Source of the DNA: a virus
Taxonomy: Duplodnaviria > Caudoviricetes
Virus record (IMG/VR): IMGVR_UViG_3300001528_000259
Span: 32,001 to 96,000 of that record
Direction: 5' to 3' (one strand)
DNA: 64,000 nt
The translations under genes and the position numbers were made by a program. Positions 34,480 through 44,948 of this stretch are shown piece by piece (within the stretch, counting starts at the first letter, position 1; each line of letters opens with the position of its first letter). Below the pieces are notes generated by a model. The model was not told where the DNA came from, did not search any database, and saw only the letters and a list, made by a program, of their open reading frames with translations.

Positions 34480-36531
34480 TTATTTCCATCTACCGCTTAC
34501 ACTTATCATATAATAGACACTATAATCTGCCGTGTTTGTTTGATGCGTAATTATAAAATTAGTAGTTGTACGCCCTTCATTCCCTGCAGAATTTGCAACT
34601 AAATACTTATTAGTAATGGTTCCATTTAATGAAGGAGATATATTAACAGTATAATCATTGCTAGAAAATGTAAATGGTAGAGTTACTGTCATTTCAGACA
34701 TTGTGGTACTACCTTTAAGGCTAGCCTTTCCCCAACATTCTGCAATGCCACTATTCCATTTACGATATGTCCAAATTCCCGTCGTGCCTTGTTCAACAAC
34801 ATAGTCAGTTACAAATCTTGTATCTAAAATCGTTCTCCAGTCACTCCAAGTTTTATTCATTTGCTGCCTCCATGATAAAGCGTCATTACCTGTCAAATTA
34901 GATCGTATTTGCATACCATAATTTGTTCCATCCGTCTTGCCATTTCTATGACGAACACTAATAACGTTATACCATGCATCTCCAATTGAATATGTTCCAA
35001 TAAAGCTTGGAGAATTTGCAACCCATTCATGGTTGCCAACGCTTGCAGATCCACCATTTATATATGTGTCTCCACTTATATTGGCACCATTAACAGTTCC
35101 GACAACCGTAGCATTGCCATCGATATTGACGTTTTTATTAAAATCCGCATTCAAAGAACACTCAAATTCATCCTTAGTAGACATACCGCCTATTGCAACA
35201 CCCTTACCATTTGGTCGAATGTTAATTGGTCTTGCTGCTGACAATAAAGGTCTTGTATCAAAGCTCGTTGCACCATAAGAGTCTGTAATAGTAAACTTAA
35301 TAAGATATGCATTTGCTAACGCAAACGCTCCGCCTCCATACGTCCCCGTCTTAGAAGATGCAGTATCGGATGCGGCTTGAAGAGTCGTTGCCGCAGAATA
35401 CGAAGTACCATTGTTACTACTATATGCAGCAGTAACTGTTCTTGTATTTTTGCCACCAACATTAGAATATGTTGAATTTACAGTATATTTAGCATAAGTT
35501 CCGCTTTCCGTGAGATTGCCATTTGCGTCACAGCGTTGTACGGAAATAGATCCAATTGCAGGTGCGCTATATGGGTAGACATATATTTGTACTGATTTAC
35601 TTGCTGTTCTACCGCGTGAATCGGTTACCTGCACATAATATGTTAATGTTCCAGAAGCTTGTATAGCAGATGTAGTAATGTTATTAGATGTGGTTGTTGT
35701 ATACACATCTGGTCCACTATAAGTATAAGAAGATATGCTACCTCCATTTCCTGCGGACGCAGATGCAGTTAACTTTACAGTAGTTTTACCTTGCACATAT
35801 AGTCCACTTAATCCATTGGTTGCTATTGCAGCTGTAAAACCACTAACAGATGGAACAATAGAGGAAGGAACATTTGCAACTACATTTTTTGATGTACTTG
35901 CTATAAATGTACTACCGCTGTATGTAGATAAAACCACAGTAACTGTGCCACTTGTGGCATTTGGAAACCATGAGTGAGGAACCGTATAGCTAAATGAATT
36001 GGTGCCAGATGACAAAGTAATCGTATCTTTAAGAGTGCCTCCAATTTTCAATTCAACTTTATGGTTAAAAGCAGATGATGAAGGAGATATTGTACCAGAC
36101 AATACTGTACCTGTATCAATGTTTGCTGGTGTTGTTAATCCAGAAGCCCTTGGAATTGTTGGAAGTGTAATTGTTGAACTTACAGACATTGTTCCAACGG
36201 AGTATCCACGATAACTACCATTCATTACAAATGCTCCTGAAAGGTTGCAGCTTCCAGTACCGTCGTTATTGTGAGAAACAGTTACGTTTTTGGTTGCAAG
36301 TGTTGTTGTGGTAGTAGAAGAACCGCCATAACTAATTGAAGTGCTGTAATCAGTTCTACTACCACCAACAGAAATGTACGAACCACTAAGTGCAGATGCG
36401 TACAGAGCATAGTGATTTGTCAATTGTAAACTTGCAGATACAGTTGTTGTATTTGCTGTTGTATTTTGAGAATATGAATAAACGATTTGCAGAGTCATTC
36501 CGCCAACCGATGTTCCAGTAATAGTCGCCAT
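34480..36531 (-). CDS. Siphovirus minor tail or fibre protein (DUF859-like)
   Basis: TLPTIPRAS, VPSSIVP, VTDSRGR and RCDANG motifs; C-terminal EQGTTGIWTYRKWNSGIAECWG. Confidence 0.8.
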   Translation of the reverse strand: MATITGTSVGGMTLQIVYSYSQNTTANTTTVSASLQLTNHYALYASALSGSYISVGGSRTDYSTSISYGGSSTTTTTLATKNVTVSHNNDGTGSCNLSGAFVMNGSYRGYSVGTMSVSSTITLPTIPRASGLTTPANIDTGTVLSGTISPSSSAFNHKVELKIGGTLKDTITLSSGTNSFSYTVPHSWFPNATSGTVTVVLSTYSGSTFIASTSKNVVANVPSSIVPSVSGFTAAIATNGLSGLYVQGKTTVKLTASASAGNGGSISSYTYSGPDVYTTTTSNNITTSAIQASGTLTYYVQVTDSRGRTASKSVQIYVYPYSAPAIGSISVQRCDANGNLTESGTYAKYTVNSTYSNVGGKNTRTVTAAYSSNNGTSYSAATTLQAASDTASSKTGTYGGGAFALANAYLIKFTITDSYGATSFDTRPLLSAARPINIRPNGKGVAIGGMSTKDEFECSLNADFNKNVNIDGNATVVGTVNGANISGDTYINGGSASVGNHEWVANSPSFIGTYSIGDAWYNVISVRHRNGKTDGTNYGMQIRSNLTGNDALSWRQQMNKTWSDWRTILDTRFVTDYVVEQGTTGIWTYRKWNSGIAECWGKASLKGSTTMSEMTVTLPFTFSSNDYTVNISPSLNGTITNKYLVANSAGNEGRTTTNFIITHQTNTADYSVYYMISVSGRWK

Positions 36532-36547
36532 TCTTTTTTCACCTCTC

Positions 36548-39349
36548 TTATATATTCGCTACTATTGAAAGGCTGCCATTGCTTTCCACGACAATGCTAA
36601 AATTGCCTATATTAATAACTGGTGCTTGTAACATAGTACTTCCAGAATATTTACCAGTTATAGTCAATGGAGATTCAATTTCAGCTTCTTTAATGTTCAT
36701 TTTTGTGCCGTTTATATATGCAATTGATTCGTTGCCATAATTAAATGACAGCCGTTCATTTGTGAGCGATGTCGAAAACTTTGATGCAGTACCACTCGCA
36801 TCTCTGGCGCTGATTTTTAGTCCATCTGTCGAATCAAATGAAAAATACTGGTTATACGTATCAATATTGTTTTGAATTGCGTCAATTTTTTCATCATATT
36901 TAGTCGCAGTAATCCAGTCACTATCTTTATATGAACTATTAGTATGCTCCGCTCTTAAAAGCGTTCCGACTTCAAAACCCACAGGGATATAATCAACTCC
37001 AACGATCCATAAATCTCCTGCCGAATAATTAAATGGCTTAGTTGTAAAGACCTTATTCTCATCGTTTTTATCGTCAATTGTGGCAACACTCGCATATTCA
37101 ATGCCGTTAAATGTCATCTTACACATGTAACTTTTGCTGAATTCTACATCTTCACGAGTAACTGTTAGATAGGCATTTGTTCCATTAGAAACTTCAGACC
37201 ACCCGGTATTTTCATAAACATACCATTTATATGTTGCACCTGCTGTAATTGCAATGTCTCCGACGTAAGCAAATGTTTGAAGCGTTACTGTTGGTATATT
37301 TGTAGATAGAGCATATCCATTGCTAGAATAAATTTGAAATGTTACAGCGTCTGCTCCTGGAGTACCAACCGCACCATCTACACCTTGCTTTGCAACACCA
37401 TAAGCTATTTTTCCATCAGTAAAAGTGGTTTTTGTCCATAAATATGAGCCATCAGAAACTGCAACAACAGCATTGGACCATGTGCCCGTAGGAGCTGTGG
37501 TGGCTGATGAACCTTGTTGATATTGAATCGAGGATACTGCTACAGACGAACCGCTCGACCCAGTGTCTCCCTTTGAGCCTTGCTTTGCATATACATAGGT
37601 AACCGTATCAGTTATTGCATCGCTAGTATAATCTGTAATTGTCCGAGTCCATAAATATTTACCATCAGACACCGTAGGAATAGTTGATTGCCATGTGGTT
37701 GGTTGTGTAGTAGGGGTATCGGAAACACCATAGCTAACCGTGGTAGATTTGATTCCCACACCATTTGCGCCAGTATTTATTTTACTCCAATTTAATTTTA
37801 AATTTGTGCTTATGGGATTCGTTATTGGAATAGTAATTGTGCCACTCGTACTCGATGCCGAACCAAGAGTTGAATTATTTGCAATAGTAAATGTTAAAAT
37901 TTGTTCGTTAGATGTTATCACTGGCGTACTTACCGTCATTCCTGTGGGTAATCCTGTAATATTTCCAATAGTAGGTGTAACTTTTTCAGTACCTTTATAT
38001 GCAACTACGTTTGTTGTAAAGGCTTGTAGAGAAACTTGTCCACTCGAATCCGCACTAAATGAGATATTCTCGTTTGTAAGAAACGCTATTGATGCAGGTG
38101 TACCATCTGCTCCGTCGAATGTTTTATATATTGTATATATATCTTTATATTCACCATTACTTGCTCTAATGACTAATGTATTTGATGTTAAATTTTTACC
38201 AGTAATAGTTAATGTATTATTGTTTGCATTTAAAGATACACCAGCAGGGGCAATCGTCGTCCAACTCACGCCACCATTTATACTATATTCCCATGCTTCT
38301 ACTGTTGTATTAATTGTTTGAGCTGTTATTACAATAGTATTCGGAGTATATATTGGTGTAGCATCTTTGGATACCTTAAAAATTTGAGAAGTACCACTGA
38401 GGATTATATCTTTTGCATTATCTCCAACAAATTTAGACCAAATATATGAACTTGCGGCTGTTGGGGCTACGTTTGTATTTACAGTGCAAATACCTATGTG
38501 TGTTGTTGCGCTACTAGGATTTTGAGTCATATTCAAGCCATTTGCATCCGTAGCATATCTGATAAATACATAAGAAGATTGTCCATCTTTGCCTTGTGGC
38601 CCTTGAATTCTACCAACGTCCATAAAGTAATCATTACCGTCTCTAGAATCTACGCAGACATACATATTGCCATCTAACAAATAAGCATCGCCTAATGCAG
38701 CACCCGTAATTGTTGCGCCATTATATACAAGAGTATAATATGACGTACCAGATACCTCTGCTTTTGATGTTGCAGTACCCTTCACGTTAACAGAAGTACC
38801 GTCTTCTCCGACCATTTTGATAGCCGTAGTCCAAGTTTTACCACCATCATACGAGTAACGAATATATTTATGAGTGGTGGCATTAAGGGTTAAAGTCCAC
38901 CCAGATGCACCGTTGACTGAATATTGGGCTTGGACTGTTGGAGCAGAAGCCCCGTTGGTTCCGTTAAGACCAGTATCTGTTCTAGTAAATGTGATTTTTG
39001 ATGTTGCCGATATATTTTGATATGATGCAACACAAATATATGTCAGAATTGGTTTTGTTGCCAATGCATTATTGGTTGTTGTATAATTTCTTGTTTTTAT
39101 TAATTCTGTCACACTTGACCCATCGTCTACTTTCCATACAAAGGAAACTTTATCATAAGATTCTACTTCTCTTGAATCTAAATAAACATCTGCCGTTAAC
39201 TGTAGCCCAGAGCTCCAATCAGGAGAATATGCCCCTGTGTTAGAGTTAAAAACTTGAGAGTTCGGCATATTTGATTTGATATATACCTCAAGTTTTCTAT
39301 TGTCTGTTTGGTCAATAATCGTCAGTGTATTTGATTGTAAAATTGCCAT
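36548..39349 (-). CDS. Tail fibre or baseplate protein with short collagen-like repeats
   Basis: GxxGxxG segments; duplicated W....P....GKYLWTRT modules. Confidence 0.75.
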   Translation of the reverse strand: MAILQSNTLTIIDQTDNRKLEVYIKSNMPNSQVFNSNTGAYSPDWSSGLQLTADVYLDSREVESYDKVSFVWKVDDGSSVTELIKTRNYTTTNNALATKPILTYICVASYQNISATSKITFTRTDTGLNGTNGASAPTVQAQYSVNGASGWTLTLNATTHKYIRYSYDGGKTWTTAIKMVGEDGTSVNVKGTATSKAEVSGTSYYTLVYNGATITGAALGDAYLLDGNMYVCVDSRDGNDYFMDVGRIQGPQGKDGQSSYVFIRYATDANGLNMTQNPSSATTHIGICTVNTNVAPTAASSYIWSKFVGDNAKDIILSGTSQIFKVSKDATPIYTPNTIVITAQTINTTVEAWEYSINGGVSWTTIAPAGVSLNANNNTLTITGKNLTSNTLVIRASNGEYKDIYTIYKTFDGADGTPASIAFLTNENISFSADSSGQVSLQAFTTNVVAYKGTEKVTPTIGNITGLPTGMTVSTPVITSNEQILTFTIANNSTLGSASSTSGTITIPITNPISTNLKLNWSKINTGANGVGIKSTTVSYGVSDTPTTQPTTWQSTIPTVSDGKYLWTRTITDYTSDAITDTVTYVYAKQGSKGDTGSSGSSVAVSSIQYQQGSSATTAPTGTWSNAVVAVSDGSYLWTKTTFTDGKIAYGVAKQGVDGAVGTPGADAVTFQIYSSNGYALSTNIPTVTLQTFAYVGDIAITAGATYKWYVYENTGWSEVSNGTNAYLTVTREDVEFSKSYMCKMTFNGIEYASVATIDDKNDENKVFTTKPFNYSAGDLWIVGVDYIPVGFEVGTLLRAEHTNSSYKDSDWITATKYDEKIDAIQNNIDTYNQYFSFDSTDGLKISARDASGTASKFSTSLTNERLSFNYGNESIAYINGTKMNIKEAEIESPLTITGKYSGSTMLQAPVINIGNFSIVVESNGSLSIVANI

Positions 39350-42300
39350 TAAGAGGCACCTCCTTCTATATTAAATTTAGTTTCATCAAAATTTACGGAA
39401 CATGAAAATTGAGCATTACGATCAACATCTCCATGCTTAACAAGAATTATGTTAGGTTTACCGTCTACTAATGTTGGTGCCCATGTACTACCACCACTTA
39501 AAGCACGCTTCCACGTAAACGTTCCGCCATTAGCAATGACCTGTGCTGTAATATCCTTATCTGTTGTTTTATTATAATCATATACCTTGCAAGTAATTTG
39601 ACAAAAGTCACTTTCAATATCCGAAAATACTGTTAAACCAGTATATTCAAGAACAACTTGGAAACGATATGCGTTATCAATAACTTTTATTGCATCAACA
39701 TAATTTTTACCGTCAGATTTTATTTCAACACTACCATCTTCGTTTACAACAAACTTAGTATCACCAGAGCCAATTTCTATTGAACCACCTTTTATAAGTT
39801 TACCTTCTAACGTATCTGCTGTAACATATTCTGCAATTGGACCCCAACGTTCTTCACCGTTAATTTTATATTTACCAAAAGCGGCTTTAGATGTTCTCCA
39901 CGAATCATTTGTCGCCACTAATGAGTTATTAATTATGGCCATTTCTTCGGGTTCAAATTCAGTTGTAGAGCCATCACGATATTTTCTAAAATGCATACCC
40001 GTAGAATCCCAAGAAATTGCCTGCCCACTAGCACTACCAACGGCTAACGCCATATCTTTTAACCCATTAGAAATATCTTCTTCTAATTTATTTGTCTTAT
40101 CAACCGCCTTTTGCCATGAACCGCTCGATTTAGCTACTTGTTTTCCAGCAGTAACAGCAGTTTTTAACAAATCAGCATGCTTATCAACTTCTGATTTTGT
40201 TGTAATTAAATTGCCAAATGTGCAAGAAAAATCACTCAAATCATCAAAATTCATATCAACCTCAAGCAACCTCGACCTCTTAACATATCCATCTCTGACA
40301 CCGACTCTTATAAAATTTCCAAGTTGGAATTGGTCAAATAAGGGCTTAAATTCAGGGAAAGCAAGAATATTCGCCATAGTCATAGAAAACTCAAGACTCG
40401 GTTTACACAATGTTTTCAATTCTTTATTGGCACTTTCTAAAAGTTCTTGACAAATTTTAATTCGCTCTTCTTCTGATTCGTACCCAGTAAGCAAGAAATT
40501 TGAATCGTTAAATTCATCTTCTTTAATAAACGGAGACAATCTGATCCATTGATCTGTTGTAAAGAATTTATTCATCTCTGTTTTGTCTCGTATATACTCC
40601 ATTATCATTTGATATACACCTTGAGAGTTTGCATATGATACATATGGAGTTGTATTTTTTAGATAGACAGCGAAAATATGACCGCTTGTCACAACATAAA
40701 GTGTTTTAGAATCAGTTGTACCATCATAAGTTAAAAATTCTTCTTCACTTAATATATTAATGGGGGTATATGTTTCTGTATTGGTCTTAATATAATATTT
40801 TTCAACTACATTAAAATCTTTTACATTTTTCCCATACACAATTGGATCAAAAGATGTTGTAAAAGTGTATAATGGTAGTTTTTGATTAATAGAGACTCTA
40901 GTAATTGTATAACCCTTACCAAAATGTGCTTCTGCTGCTCTATACAAATCCGCCTCCAATAATTGTCCATTATAACGCAAATTGCCATCACTGCCTTCTT
41001 GATACAAAGAAATATCAATGGTTCTGTCTGGCACAAGATAGCCATCGGAATAATATTCTGCTTCACGTTCTTTGATTGACAATACCGATTGTACAGATAC
41101 AAGTTTCTCATAATTGTCAATGTATCTTTGATAATTTTCATAATCCATTTGATCAGATTCTGATACTGTTGCGCTAATTGTTACCCAGCTAGTTCCATTA
41201 TATTCTTTTAATGCAACAGGATTGCTGTTTGTATCTAACCATCTTGTTCCTTCTTTGTAATCTCCATCCGGTTCTTCATCTTGTACAATGCATTGAGCTT
41301 TTTCTTTAGAAAACATAGCCTCGGTTTGAGTTTGAAAAATTGTTGTATATATTTTATGTTTCTCTTCAAGTAAACGCACACCGTAATCTTGCAAATTTTC
41401 AGGAATTGTTTCGTCTTTCGCTAGCACAAAATACGCACCCATAGTACCAATATAAGTAACTTTATATCCTTTTAAATTCATTTTCTGTGCTGTCAAATTA
41501 CCTTTTATCCAGTCTAAAATTGGATATTCATCTGGAGCCTCAGAAACACCGCTAGACGCTTTTACAACAACAGAATAAATATAATAATCATTTGCCCATA
41601 TTGTTGTTCCGTCCTTTGCAAACTCTGTTTTTTGTGCATTAAAATCTGTAGCATCCTTAAACGTAATATTCTTTTCAGAATACTTGCCTTTTTTATCTTT
41701 TGTATAATACTGTAATCGCTCATCATATTCCGTGGCTTCTTTGCGTTTATCATAGATGCGAATAGTTACCACATCCGATGATGAATTTTTCAGTTTTAGC
41801 AAAATGTTATCTTGTTTACTTGCCTCTGTATCAACATCTACGTGATATTGATTAAGCTTTTTTATGAGTGCAAATTTCTTTGCATCCCATTCCATATCTA
41901 CTTTAAACTTCTCATTCGTTTTCTGATAAATTAGTAATGCTCCTTGTACTACATACATATCTGCATCTTTTGGGGTAGGAATAGGTTCCAAATGCGCTTC
42001 ATCTAAATATAGATTTCCCGTTTCAACATATTCTGTACCCTTACCAATAGTTATCGTGCAATAGGCAGTATTAATCGGCGAAAAGGTACAATAAAGTTTT
42101 TTAAACTCATCACCAACAAGCACTACATTTCCTTCCGCAGGAACAGCGTTCATGAGATCGTTATAGCGGTTATTTGCAGATACCCAACCTTTCATTGCAT
42201 TTGAATACGCCATTGGGTATATTTGACTTTGATATCCATCTTTGTCTAAGCCTGTTTCTGCCTCGGTTAATGCTTCAAGATAATCACTATATGCATCAAA

Positions 42301-43410
42301 TAAATCCTGCTCCATCCAATCAAGATTATGATAAAAGCTTAAATCCATAATTTCATTGCGTCCAAGATTAACTTCTCGTATATCAAGATCATCCGATCCC
42401 GTTACTACAAGTTTTGTTTTAATATTATCACTAGAATAATTTACTTTAATCTCCGAAGCAAGATTATCCTTACTAATAAACACATCTGTTACAAATCTTG
42501 TATTTGCTTCGTTTTCTATGTCTGAATCATCTTCAAGTTCTTCATAGAATGAAACAGTTCCGTCAAGAGAGTCCCATATAGCGACACAATTAAACGTATC
42601 ACAAAGATTGTTCTGAACAAAATCATAAACACTAATTCTATCTTCACTCAATGTCCGTTCTTTACGCCACAATGATTGATCAACATTCCCAATTTTCCAC
42701 TCAGGGATGTTTTCAAAAATTAAGTGTAAAAGAGATAATTCTTTTTTATTAGGATTATAAAACTGTACATTAGGAAACTTTTTCATGTAAAGTTTTTCAT
42801 GTGACTGGGAATCGGGATTATTATTTGCTTTAATTAATTCTGCATATTCAGTCGCATCATTAATTTGTCTTTGCTCATATGTATATGAATCCGCATCAGA
42901 ATACACTTGTTGATAATAACTTTCATAAGGGTCGAAATCCCCAGATGCAAGTTTGTAAAATGAATCTTTATCAGTATTATAATCAATACCATATTGAGAT
43001 TCATTATATAGAACCTCTTTCGAATCTATTTCACCAGTATTGATATGCCAATTTGTTAAATACTTATTAGATACTGAATACTCTATAGAAAATGCAGACA
43101 CAGACTTGATATCGCCATCACTCGATGTGTCATCTATATCTTGTAATGAAAAATACCCATAGCCTTCCAACAATATATTTCTTGGTGCTTCAACTTTATC
43201 GTATAAAGGATGTATTTTTGTTTCACCTGTTAGTGCATCAACATAGGTATGTTGTATTTCAAACGAAAATTCACTATATGAATTCCATTTCGCATTTAAT
43301 CTTCTATTAGTAGCCTGTAATTCTCCAATCACTTTTCGTCCTGTTGTGCACAAAAACACACGAGAAGGTATAGGGTTATCGAAATAATCACGAGAAATAT
43401 TAAGTTTCAT
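39349..43410 (-). CDS. Baseplate hub/tail spike (Tal-like) protein
   Basis: Lies downstream of Dit; FQLGNFIRV..RLLEV..FDDLSDFS.TF motif. Confidence 0.7.
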   Translation of the reverse strand: MKLNISRDYFDNPIPSRVFLCTTGRKVIGELQATNRRLNAKWNSYSEFSFEIQHTYVDALTGETKIHPLYDKVEAPRNILLEGYGYFSLQDIDDTSSDGDIKSVSAFSIEYSVSNKYLTNWHINTGEIDSKEVLYNESQYGIDYNTDKDSFYKLASGDFDPYESYYQQVYSDADSYTYEQRQINDATEYAELIKANNNPDSQSHEKLYMKKFPNVQFYNPNKKELSLLHLIFENIPEWKIGNVDQSLWRKERTLSEDRISVYDFVQNNLCDTFNCVAIWDSLDGTVSFYEELEDDSDIENEANTRFVTDVFISKDNLASEIKVNYSSDNIKTKLVVTGSDDLDIREVNLGRNEIMDLSFYHNLDWMEQDLFDAYSDYLEALTEAETGLDKDGYQSQIYPMAYSNAMKGWVSANNRYNDLMNAVPAEGNVVLVGDEFKKLYCTFSPINTAYCTITIGKGTEYVETGNLYLDEAHLEPIPTPKDADMYVVQGALLIYQKTNEKFKVDMEWDAKKFALIKKLNQYHVDVDTEASKQDNILLKLKNSSSDVVTIRIYDKRKEATEYDERLQYYTKDKKGKYSEKNITFKDATDFNAQKTEFAKDGTTIWANDYYIYSVVVKASSGVSEAPDEYPILDWIKGNLTAQKMNLKGYKVTYIGTMGAYFVLAKDETIPENLQDYGVRLLEEKHKIYTTIFQTQTEAMFSKEKAQCIVQDEEPDGDYKEGTRWLDTNSNPVALKEYNGTSWVTISATVSESDQMDYENYQRYIDNYEKLVSVQSVLSIKEREAEYYSDGYLVPDRTIDISLYQEGSDGNLRYNGQLLEADLYRAAEAHFGKGYTITRVSINQKLPLYTFTTSFDPIVYGKNVKDFNVVEKYYIKTNTETYTPINILSEEEFLTYDGTTDSKTLYVVTSGHIFAVYLKNTTPYVSYANSQGVYQMIMEYIRDKTEMNKFFTTDQWIRLSPFIKEDEFNDSNFLLTGYESEEERIKICQELLESANKELKTLCKPSLEFSMTMANILAFPEFKPLFDQFQLGNFIRVGVRDGYVKRSRLLEVDMNFDDLSDFSCTFGNLITTKSEVDKHADLLKTAVTAGKQVAKSSGSWQKAVDKTNKLEEDISNGLKDMALAVGSASGQAISWDSTGMHFRKYRDGSTTEFEPEEMAIINNSLVATNDSWRTSKAAFGKYKINGEERWGPIAEYVTADTLEGKLIKGGSIEIGSGDTKFVVNEDGSVEIKSDGKNYVDAIKVIDNAYRFQVVLEYTGLTVFSDIESDFCQITCKVYDYNKTTDKDITAQVIANGGTFTWKRALSGGSTWAPTLVDGKPNIILVKHGDVDRNAQFSCSVNFDETKFNIEGGAS

Positions 43411-43428
43411 AATTACTTCACCATCCTA

Positions 43429-44841
43429 TTAATATTCGCCTATTTTGCGAGCTTCTCGCCATTCTAAAATTACCTCGCAATTACCTTCAATCGTAATTTC
43501 ATTTTTTCCATCATACAATTCAAGCCAATTCCACGAAAAATCATCTCCGAATATTCTTCTAACACTTGAGCTCGATATAATTTTATTTGCTCCATCTAAA
43601 ATTACTTTTTCAGTCGGAGTATTATTCTTAACAACCATAGCTACTGTATTAGATGGATTATTAAATAAATCATAATGTTGATTTATAATCTTCACACTAG
43701 TCGTCTGTAAATTAGGATTTGTACTTTGAGAATGAAAACTATATGGGTCTATCCAATAATACATACTATCACCGCTATAATAATAAAATGTATTATTTTC
43801 ATAAGTATCTTGTTCTGTATATGCGCGACTTACTTCAACTGTACTCCATCCATCATAACTGGGCTTAGTAGATGCGGAGCGCCACACTGGTTCAGGGGTT
43901 TTCCAATAGTAAGTATTCTTTACATCGTTGTAATACACAGTATTTTCTACATAGTCTGTCATATCTACAAGATTATTAAACGTAACATGAGGCAACAACG
44001 GAACAACTGTGTGTGGAACAGATGTTGAGGTTGGACTGTAACCATGATTAATAGTAATTCTCGGATATACAGGTTGGTTATCATCTGTATCTATATTAAT
44101 TGTAATTTTATTATTATATATTCTTTTTGTTTTAGTACCATTATATGTTAAATTGAACACAGTATCATTTACTCTGTAAGAACCATCGTCATTAACAGCT
44201 GATATTACACCATAAAATGAAATTGGTGCGTCTATAATTGTATTAGTTATTTCGTTAGGCACAGAGTAAATTTCCGTCCCAACTTTTATCTCCTGTACGT
44301 CTGTAAATAAATATTGCGGGGCAACAGTCCCACTAACTGTTGTTGACGTCCAGTAATACGCCGTGGTATTAATCTGAGTTGTAACATTTTGGGTACGAGT
44401 ATACAGATCCGAGAGAGCAAAAGGCATACAGGATTCAAAAGTACATTGAAAACCAATTACGCGCCCGTTACTAATCTTATACGAGTCACAAGAAATAAAT
44501 GCTCCTAAAATTGTATATGATGCCACATTTGAATCGTCATGATAAATATTAATAAATGACGGTGTATCTTTAGATGTAATCCATTTAAGAATTTGCCTTT
44601 GGCGATCCATAGTAAATTCACCAAAATTTTTGTCTATAAATGTTATAACTGGAGCGAATGATTCTGTATATTTATAATTTGATACATGTTTAATTGTACC
44701 CCTATATGTTTCCGAAGCCACCGCCTCACGAGATAAAAAACTTGATGTTGCACCAGAATCTGAATCAAAAGCAACATCGCAGATAAGATCAAAATCCTCA
44801 CTACTAAACGTATTATACGTTACACGATAAGGTGATATCAT
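43429..44841 (-). CDS. Distal tail protein (Dit) with inserted domains
   Basis: Follows the tape measure gene; YNTFSSEDFDL N-terminus and FSWNWLELYDGKNEITI C-terminus. Confidence 0.75.
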   Translation of the reverse strand: MISPYRVTYNTFSSEDFDLICDVAFDSDSGATSSFLSREAVASETYRGTIKHVSNYKYTESFAPVITFIDKNFGEFTMDRQRQILKWITSKDTPSFINIYHDDSNVASYTILGAFISCDSYKISNGRVIGFQCTFESCMPFALSDLYTRTQNVTTQINTTAYYWTSTTVSGTVAPQYLFTDVQEIKVGTEIYSVPNEITNTIIDAPISFYGVISAVNDDGSYRVNDTVFNLTYNGTKTKRIYNNKITINIDTDDNQPVYPRITINHGYSPTSTSVPHTVVPLLPHVTFNNLVDMTDYVENTVYYNDVKNTYYWKTPEPVWRSASTKPSYDGWSTVEVSRAYTEQDTYENNTFYYYSGDSMYYWIDPYSFHSQSTNPNLQTTSVKIINQHYDLFNNPSNTVAMVVKNNTPTEKVILDGANKIISSSSVRRIFGDDFSWNWLELYDGKNEITIEGNCEVILEWREARKIGEY

Positions 44842-44906
44842 TTTTTAGATCATCTCCTTTAACTACTTCAATATTATTTTCAATCATTTTATTCTCTTTT
44901 AGTTAT

Positions 44907-44939
44907 GACAAAGAAGGAGTGTAAGGCTCCTTCTTTGTC
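44907..44939. terminator. Hairpin after the tape measure gene
   Basis: GACAAAGAAGGAG / CTCCTTCTTTGTC. Confidence 0.65.
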
Positions 44940-44948
44940 TAGTTTCTT

